A DNA stretch of 64,000 nt. Source: Tubulanus polymorphus (Eukaryota; Animalia; Nemertea). How positions within the stretch are numbered: the first letter of the stretch is position 1; every line of letters starts with the position of its first letter. The translations under genes were made by a program, and so were the position numbers. A model generated the notes under the pieces. It saw nothing but the letters and a program-made list of their open reading frames with translations. It made no database searches and was not told the origin of the DNA. Location: assembly GCF_964204645.1 (NCBI RefSeq), contig NC_134026.1, positions 21,176,150 to 21,240,149 of the forward strand, read 5' to 3'. Below are positions 55,477 through 64,000 of this stretch, piece by piece.

Positions 55477-56760
55477 ATGTCATCGGTTGAAGACCTTTAC
55501 GACGCGATTGCGCAAGCCTCGTACACGAATCTGAACAAAACGCACGACCCCGAGTTCATCGCCATCAACACGACTATAGAGCCGCTGATCTACAAACCAC
55601 CGGTCGAAGCGACCGTACAGGGCCGATATCACGGACAAGTTGCCTACAATCTGGAACATTTCAGTCAGGTCTATTTCACGTATCATGGATATCTAAGCGC
55701 GTTCGTATGCGCCTTCGGAATACCCGCCAATTTAGCCAATATCGTCGTGCTTACCAGGAAAAATATGATTTCGTCGACAAATTGGATACTGACTTGGTTA
55801 GCGGTGGCCGATCTGCTAACTATGTGTTCATACTTACCAGTTTCATTTCATTTTTACGTGATGGGCGAAGGCGATGACAATATACACTTCCCAGAGTCTT
55901 GGAGCGCCGGTTGGATACGGTTCCTTTTCTTCCATAGTAACTTCTCCGTTGTATGCCATACAGTGACTATCTGGCTAACTATAGCCCTGGCAATTTTCCG
56001 CTATATTTACGTCTGTTACCCGACACAGGGCAGCACTCTTTGTACCATAGGCAGAGCTAAACTGGCCATATTTAGCGTGTACATATCAACAGTGATAACT
56101 TGTATTCCTAATACTTTATGTTATGGTATTATAACAATGGCCAAAAACGCCACGTATTATCATCCGAACGGGACGGCTTACAAAATAACCAGAACGCTCT
56201 ACAAGATAGGTGAAACGGACTTCGTCGGGGAACACAGCTTTGTCAAGGACCTCAACTTCTGGATACAGGCGCTGTTGGTTAAGTTGATACCTTGCGTGGG
56301 GCTTACGATTCTAACCGTATTACTTATCTTGGCCATGAAGAAGGCCAACCAGAGGCGTATGCACCTGAAATCACAGGGCCGCAAAGACGACTCGGAGCGA
56401 GCAAGGGAACACAATCGAACCACCGGCATGTTACTGGCCGTGGTCGTACTGTTTTTGATAACTGAAGTACCGCAAGGTATATTAACCATTCTCAATTCGA
56501 CAGTGCACGGATTTTTCGAAGAAATTTACATGCCTTTGGGAGATGTCCTCGACATGATGGCGCTCCTGAACAACGCCATTAACTTTGTCCTGTACTGCAC
56601 GATGAGTAGACAGTTTCGGGAGACGTTCGTCAAGGAGTTCTGTCGCTGTTGCCCAGAACGACGACCCGGATGGCTTAAGCTGCGCACGTTCGAACATAAA
56701 AATGTAAATAATGAAGTCACATGTACTGGCACTAGCACAACTACAAGTAGTATGGTTTGA
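55477..56760 (+). CDS. Class A (rhodopsin-like) neuropeptide GPCR, myosuppressin receptor / DMSR-1 / myomodulin receptor-like (often auto-annotated 'sex peptide receptor-like'); single coding exon, 427 aa
   Basis: Seven hydrophobic segments with family motifs: HGYLSAFVCAFGIPANLANIVVLTRKNM (TM1), NWILTWLAVADLLTM (TM2), HTVTIWLTIALAIFRY (TM3, DRY replaced by FRY), NFWIQALLVKLIPC (TM5), RTTGMLLAVVVLFLITEVPQGIL (TM6), GDVLDMMALLNNAINFVLYCTMSRQFRETF (TM7/helix 8). N-glycosylation sequons in the N-terminus. ATG has A at -3 and an in-frame TGA upstream at 55444-55446. Confidence 0.95.
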   Translation: MSSVEDLYDAIAQASYTNLNKTHDPEFIAINTTIEPLIYKPPVEATVQGRYHGQVAYNLEHFSQVYFTYHGYLSAFVCAFGIPANLANIVVLTRKNMISSTNWILTWLAVADLLTMCSYLPVSFHFYVMGEGDDNIHFPESWSAGWIRFLFFHSNFSVVCHTVTIWLTIALAIFRYIYVCYPTQGSTLCTIGRAKLAIFSVYISTVITCIPNTLCYGIITMAKNATYYHPNGTAYKITRTLYKIGETDFVGEHSFVKDLNFWIQALLVKLIPCVGLTILTVLLILAMKKANQRRMHLKSQGRKDDSERAREHNRTTGMLLAVVVLFLITEVPQGILTILNSTVHGFFEEIYMPLGDVLDMMALLNNAINFVLYCTMSRQFRETFVKEFCRCCPERRPGWLKLRTFEHKNVNNEVTCTGTSTTTSSMV

Positions 56761-57086
56761 AAAAAGTGTGACAGATAAAAAAAAACATATCTACAAAAGT
56801 ATAGATGTTGTTTTATTTTGCACAAAATACGGCTTAGATATATACATACATACTTGCATACATACGTAAAATGCTCGTTTATTCGGTGTATGTGTATGTG
56901 TATTTGGTCTTATAAAATATATATCACCCGCACGTGGAAAGGATCTTGTGCCTCTTAATGGCGACCAACCAAAATGGCTATCAAATCGTCACGGTCTTCA
57001 GAAAGCATCACAATCCCGTAATTGAGAGGTAAACTAAGATAGAATATAGCGAACTTTCTATAAATACGTATATACATTTTACTACT

Positions 57087-57120
<34 letters not shown>

Positions 57121-57372
57121 CGCTTAGCTCTTACGTCATCACATGACGAGCCTTTTCTACACGACCTATAGCGCCCCCTATATATAACACGCCAACTTTC
57201 GCTATTAAAAACGAGCATGCATCAGGACCTCTTGGGAAACGTATTCTAAACATGATATATATGTATCGTACTAATAGTTCGTCAGCTTTTTGTCCATCGT
57301 GTATTGGTTCTGACCAATGAAGGCGTTCGTTCTTCACCGGCACAAGATTCTCACCACCTGCTTTTTATTTGA

Positions 57373-57374
<2 letters not shown>

Positions 57375-57464
<90 letters not shown>
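57375..57464. repeat. (TA)45 microsatellite
   Basis: Pure TA run. Confidence 0.95.
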
Positions 57465-57616
<152 letters not shown>

Positions 57617-57932
57617 GATCGTATTATCATACCGCAAAATAACCAAATCTTGTTGAAGGTGTTCTTATAAACGATTCTTTGTTTTGTTGTCTGCGGCTTT
57701 GAATCCCTGTCATTTTAAACATCTGTAAGAATGGCTTGTCACCTTGCATGCCCCTCCCCAACGCAAATGCTATGTTTGCATGAGTTCCCTTTTGACGAAC
57801 GCATGTACACGCAGCGCTGCGTCATCCTGTCGCTCCTTTTATATCTTATCGACGGAAAGTAAAAGACATCTGAAATTCATCGGCAATGAGAGACGACCGG
57901 GATTCCGTAGACATTTATAGATATCATTATTT

Positions 57933-58210
57933 AGAGAATCCCTCACTGATATAACGAGAAGGCTGAAGTCCGAAAAGTTTCCTTAAAAATCTAATAATTT
58001 ATTGATTCGATGTTTCCAACCTAATTCTCATCTTCAGGAATGGAATCTCCAGGTTATTCCTGACGATAGCTATTAGGTTATAGTCGGAACGTCGAATTAA
58101 TAGATTGTTAGTTTTAAGGAAACTTTTCGGACTTCATCTTTCTCGTTACATCAGTGTGGGATTCTCTGTATATCGTCACAACACGGACGTAGCGTTTCTT
58201 CAGTGGTTAT
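57933..58210. mobile_element. Penelope-like pLTR / retrozyme fold-back with hammerhead motifs, family A copy 2
   Basis: About 110-bp imperfect inverted arms (57933-58041 and 58056-58167), each with a CTGANGA...G(A/G)AAC..C core flanked by attc/gaat. Confidence 0.75.
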
Positions 58211-59677
58211 CGACAGGCGTCTCATACATTCGCTGAATGGCGAGGTCTTAATTCCTATATTTATGGGATCCCAGTAGTCGTACATCGTAGGCTGCTGGTG
58301 CTACTGAAATATGAGCGCTTTCTCGCACTCAGAAGAATTTAGATTAATACCCCTAGCGTTACACGCCCTGAATGTCACGACGGAGAACTCGCACTAACCA
58401 CGTATTTGTGCATGCATGCTTGCCATTAGCTAAATATGTATCACGAATCAAGCATCTTACGAATACTAGTTAACACAGAAAAAGAATAGGATATGATATC
58501 ATTGGCCGTGATTGTAGTTTGTCCTCTCTAGGCCACCGTAAGAATTTCAATTGATAATATGGTAGGCTGGAGGGGACATTCCATATTTTCGGTCATTATC
58601 ACCACCCACACTTAGCGGATGGATATTTCATGATAGGCTTTCTGTAGAATCGTCAGAAGCATGGTTTTTGTCTACGGACGATATTTGACAAGAAACTAGA
58701 TACAAGGTTTTAAGTTAAGCGATTATTGAATATTGACCTGTATCAAAATATTTATACATGTCAGAAAGAATAAATGAAAATTGTTTAAATTTCATAAATT
58801 AAGAATAAAAAAATTGCCATTTACATGCGTGCGTACATATCACAATGTTAAACCGTAGTCATTCGAGGTATTTTTCTTCCAGGGAACGTTGATTGCCATG
58901 AAACCAATGGACGCTTCCAACCAATTGCCCACGTGTCATACGGATTCGCCTCAAGACCACTGACGCAACCACTGCTGTTGTCCATAAATGTCGGGAAAAA
59001 ATGTTCTCATCAATGAAAGCCGAATTTTTACCGTGAAAACAATCGATTCGGAAACGCACCTCGTTGGTACTGTTGCTTACAGCGATGTGTGGCGTAACAC
59101 GGTCATCGAAACGGCGATACCTCACACTCGCCGCCAGTGGTAAAACCACGGACTTCAGAGTCCGTGCTAAAACGAAGAAAAGTGGCTGGACGCCGAACAT
59201 TTAGATGTTAATCAGTTTCTGCCAAAAATGAATCTTCCACGATTTTTTGACGAATTCGTATATCATACGACTTTAATTCCGAGCGAGAATATCGATAACG
59301 CGGTAGCGCTCTTTTTGCCACACAAGATGTCTGCTTAGTAACTTGAAATTTATACTTACATTATATTTACTCAACAGAGTTCACACACAGTTCGCCACGG
59401 AAGATAACGAAATATGTACTGATTTGATGATTTCATTGTTATAATCACTATCGTATATAGTTTTTTGCATGTATAGAGGGCCCTTTCAACGGAGTTATCA
59501 TTAATTAACACGCATTGATTGAAGTGTTTATTTCGTCTCTCGCACGAGGGCTTTATATCAATGGGTGTGATTTTTCGTGTGTCAGTTTAACTAATAATCT
59601 AGAAAAACAAAATAAGCAAATTGTGATTAAAATGAATATAATGTCGAAGTTTCGATCGTTTTTAGTATGTATACGGT

Positions 59678-59998
59678 CATCTGCCCCGGCAAGGATTCGA
59701 ACCTGATGGCATTGCTAGATTTAGCCACGCCACGAGCCCTGACACACTAGCGCAGCTTATATTTTATGATGTCATTATTAGCCAATAAGATATCCCGTTT
59801 TATTTTAGCCTGGGTTTTCCGTTTAGAGTATATCCGACTTTTGCCTGAGCGATTATACAACGGGCAATCTGATTGGTGCCGCAGGTTTTCGCGGCAAACC
59901 TGCGCATGTACCTGCGTACCCGGTCTAGTGTGGCAGGGATTCGTACAGTGTGGCGAGTCTCGATGCCGTCAGGTTCGAATCCCTGCCGAGGGAGGATG
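59678..59998 (+). mobile_element. B-box-TIR MITE family, copy 3
   Basis: catctgccccggcaaggattcgaacctga ... tcaggttcgaatccctgccgagggaggatg. Confidence 0.85.
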
Positions 59999-62360
59999 GT
60001 ATACTGTATAATCCGTGTTAACGCGAGACAAAGATTAATGGGAACCAATTGATTCCCAAATAGGACGTCATCTCGTGCCATTGTGGCTCGGGAAATATGT
60101 TTTACTACAAAATCGAACGGAAGCTTCCTCAAGCGATTCGGCTTCACACATTCGTCTGAACACACGGTTCTAATTTTTACTTTTCATCACGGAATTTCGT
60201 CTGTAGCGCGAGTCATATAATATAACGCGCGTTTGAAATATTTATAGAGATCTGTGATATATCTATTATAATATTCTTCGATGATAAGGGGATGATAGAT
60301 TGTAGTACAACACAATGATATTGCATTTAATCCTCACTGAACCCTCACTGGCGCTGAAACTATGTATTTTGAATAATGATCGCCTTTTTATGGTTTTTAG
60401 AAGGAAATCAGTTCTGAATTTCGGAAATATCAAATTCCTAATTGATTTCATTAATATGCGATTTTGCCAATAAATCCACATACACGACTAAATTGTATCA
60501 ATATTGAATTTATAAAATCTAATCATATTTAGATTTTTCTTTTAAAAACTTCATTAGCTCATTAATTACAAAAAGATAATTGCGTCTTTAAACTCTAGTT
60601 TTAATTAACCAAACTTAATCAACTCATCAATCCTGAAAACAAGATATTTTGAAAAATTACATTTTCATTATAATTATCATTATAGTTAAAATATATACTC
60701 GTTCTTATCATTGGGTCATTTGCGTCCATGTTCCTGTTGATTCGAATTACTATAGTAATCCATAGATTCCTAAACTCCGACTGAAAAAAACTCATCTCAA
60801 CGCGATCTACTATTCAGAATGAATCGAGCGTTCCGCGGGCAGTTTTTCATTGCGGTGTAGTTTCCTCATCCCGGTGATAACTCCAACATTCTGAAATCAC
60901 CGTAAGGTTCGAAATTGTAGTATCGGATTTATCAAAACAGGGATTTTCACATGCAGACATATATCTGATCGCATGTTTATCAAGAACAAGCAAATTCGGT
61001 AGCATGGTGCTGTACTTCGTGAAATATCCTAGTTATCACCCCGGGAGAGTCTCTTACACTACAAACAAAAAGCAATCAATCGTTTCATTCGCAGGCGAGC
61101 AGTGGCCATCATCCTTACTTACAAGCCGATTCAATAAGCCTATCAATATAACCAATATATAAATAAATCCGGCAGCTTGAAATAATCCTGATAATTATAT
61201 ATACTATATGAATATATATATATGAAACTTTCTATTTATTTGGAAAATATATAAAACCGTGTCATATATATATATACATCATATATTCATTTTAAAAAAA
61301 ACCGTACATTTTGTATAAACATTAGTTAAGGCCAAGATTGCCACCGGTGACGGAAACCTGTAATATCTTCTGGGAAGGGATTGACGGGCCTACCAACGCA
61401 AAGAACCAGTTGTATTTCTTAAATTCGGATTTTAAAAGGTTTTATCGTATTCTCACTAAGAAAATAGTTAAAGAAAATGTCTCACAAAAATTCCTAGGTA
61501 AAATTTGCGAAAAGGTGTACGTACCTACATATACGACATAGTAACTTATATGCTGGACTGTGTCGTGCTTTCCATGCAGGGCGGACGATTGTAAAAAATA
61601 ATCCAAAAAAGATCTATTAGAAGGCTGATCAGTGAAATACCCCTTGATGTGCTAAACTGTTGATAAACGCTTCGTTTGTATCGATTTCATAAACCATATT
61701 AAACACACGTTAATTCTCGCTTTTGATTTCATTTTACCAGTGAAAACGTTATCTTTATAATGAAGTTACTTTCGATATAAATCAATCCTCTGTCTCTATT
61801 GTCGAAAAATCTTGGATGTATACAATTTGATTTAATGCTCTCGTTTGCCGAGCCAAAAATGGAGTTCAGTATTCATTGTACAAAAACTATGTGATATCGT
61901 TTCTGCATGCGCATGTAGTTCACAAATCGATCCGCCTTTTGTTTCCCTGTAAAAAAAAATTGAAATTCGCACCCTCGGGGCTAACTTCGGTGGAATGAAG
62001 TTGATTAAGTGCACCATGTTATGCGTTGCGTATAGCTTTTTATGTTGAAAATGAAATGTTTGTAAAAATCCCTTTGAACAGTGTGTACCGGTACATGGAT
62101 GTTGTTCACGTTGAAAAAGAAATGTGTCCGGTATAATTTGAAATCCTGTATACAAATAAACCATCGTCCGGCTGTAAAACATCATTTATAATACAGTATC
62201 AAAATTATCGAAGTTTCTTTTGTAAATACCACAGTTACAGTGTGGGTGGTGTAAATAAATATGGATTTCATAAAACATATACACATATTATTTTGTTAGC
62301 GAATTAATATCGACGGAAAGAATGAAGGTTTGAAATCTACTCAACACATAATACAATATA

Positions 62361-62894
62361 CAGTAGACTCCACCCTAGTCGGGTCCGATCAACCCTGATA
62401 ACTGTTCAACTCGGATGTTTTTTAAAATATTTTTCTGACACTATATATGAAATACATAACATCAGAAATAGATAAAGGTAAAAGTGCATAACCGCACCTC
62501 TCGTAAATGGTTCAATCAATTACATTAAATATCACTGATTCAGACTCAAGATGTCATCAGCAATTCAGTACACTTCAGTACACAGTAATTACTTCAGACA
62601 AATCTTCACTTTAGATTTCCCAATCCAATATGGCGTCCTATTGAAAGATCGTCAAGATTCTTGAAATCTGCTTTCAAAAATCTGCTTTCTAGTAGAGATA
62701 TCATAAAATAAAACACTGCATTGGATTCTGTGAGACATTCTGAAGTAAGAACAGTGATTTGTAATTCAGTAGATTGCGTCAGTCACGAGAGGTGCGGATC
62801 TGCACTTTTACCTAGATAAACAGTATGATACTCTTGCTGAAAGTCGGGCACATTTTTACGGTCCCGCAATATCCGAATAAAGCGAAGTCTACTG
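62361..62894. mobile_element. pogo/Tigger-like non-autonomous element with TA TSD
   Basis: TA|cagtagactccaccctagtcgggt ... atccgaataaagcgaagtctactg|TA (18 of 24 positions match between arms). Confidence 0.65.
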
Positions 62895-63885
62895 TAATAG
62901 GTGTCGAGAAGTTCGGCGTTAATGATCGCTCGTATTTCTTTTCAAAAAGGTGGTGCCGATCTATCGACGAAGATTTAGTGTTGTACTTAGTTGAACCTGT
63001 TCCGATACGAAATCTAATCCGATTAGAGGATTAATCCTCTTGACATCGTGATTTTCCCGGTGTCATACAGATGGGAAGGTTAACTATCAATTTTGTTATA
63101 ATACCACCGATAGTCAGTAGTTGTTTCGTACGGAAGTGTTTTGTGCTTTGGAATGTACTTATGATCTAAGTATGAAAAAAATTCAATTATTCGAGTTGTA
63201 CATCTCATCAAAAATTCTCGAATTCTATTTCTTAATTTATCAGAATACGTTAATTTTTTTCATTTTGTCTATCGTCAGAAAATAACCTTTTTGTCCCCAG
63301 GACACTTCCGTAGTTTCCTGTATCGTTACACGCGTTCCAGGAATTCGTTTAAAAAATATAAGTTTATTTAGCCGATGTTCATAATAGGGCTAAGGACTAT
63401 ACCGATTTGCGGTTTATACACGACACACCGATCTACTTTTTCCAATCAGCATATACATTCAGATTCAGATTTATATATACATACAAGCTGCATCCCGATC
63501 CAAATTACCTAGGGACAACACACGAGACCAACTATTTGAACAGTAGTTAATCAGCTGCAAGTTTCACCTGCCAAACCTAGTAATTACCCGCGCGCGTGGA
63601 TCTGTCGTTTGAATATACTGTATACAATGCCAAGTACAGACCATCCTTGATTTGACCGCCAAACGTTCCCCAGTGTGATCCGAATGAGTTTCAACTCTCT
63701 GAAATCGGTCGTGACTTGAAACGTAATTTACTACAAGTCTTGAAACTGGTTGTGATGATAATTAGCCTGGAGAGTTATGATAACAACAACATATAGTATA
63801 TATTGCTAAACTAGAAAGATTTGATTGGAATAATTGGTGAAAACCTAATCCATTACGACCTTTGCTATATGCCTAAATACATATA

Positions 63886-64000
63886 CAGTCAAATCCACTT
63901 AATCCGGATCGGCTTAATCCGGATTTTGGTCTAATCCGGACAATATTTTCAGTCCATGTGTTGATTATACGGTACAAGAAAATGACTTTTTAATCCGGAT
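63886..64000. mobile_element. pogo/Tigger-like MITE, left part (runs off the window)
   Basis: TA|cagtcaaatccacttaatccggat with repeated taatccgga units, same architecture as 2-180. Confidence 0.65.

Noticed and set aside
55480-56825. Antisense ORFs over the GPCR
   Set aside because: Shadow frames of the real CDS.

Overview
Eukaryotic, AT-rich, CpG-undepleted DNA that looks like an invertebrate (probably spiralian/lophotrochozoan) neuropeptide-receptor locus. The taxon is inferred from the receptor type and repeat classes, not shown. Only one intact protein-coding region is supported: a single-coding-exon rhodopsin-class GPCR of the myosuppressin/DMSR-1/myomodulin-receptor group (55477-56760, +), with a splice acceptor just upstream. 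The roughly 55 kb before it are non-coding and contain candidate 5'-UTR micro-exons plus many small mobile elements: 5'-truncated LINE ends, tRNA-derived SINEs, and MITEs whose termini and target-site duplications point to Tc1/pogo, PIF/Harbinger, hAT, MULE, IS3EU, Ginger and P-like superfamilies. The most interesting structures are: (i) three fold-back elements carrying back-to-back Penelope-type minimal hammerhead-ribozyme motifs; (ii) a multi-copy MITE whose inverted ends each carry a Pol III B-box; (iii) 24-27 bp hairpin insertions with 7-bp TSDs, one with an internal empty-site control; (iv) perfect 150-166 bp palindromes centred on (TA)n. All comparisons were made by eye. No database search was run, so superfamily assignments rest on termini/TSD rules.
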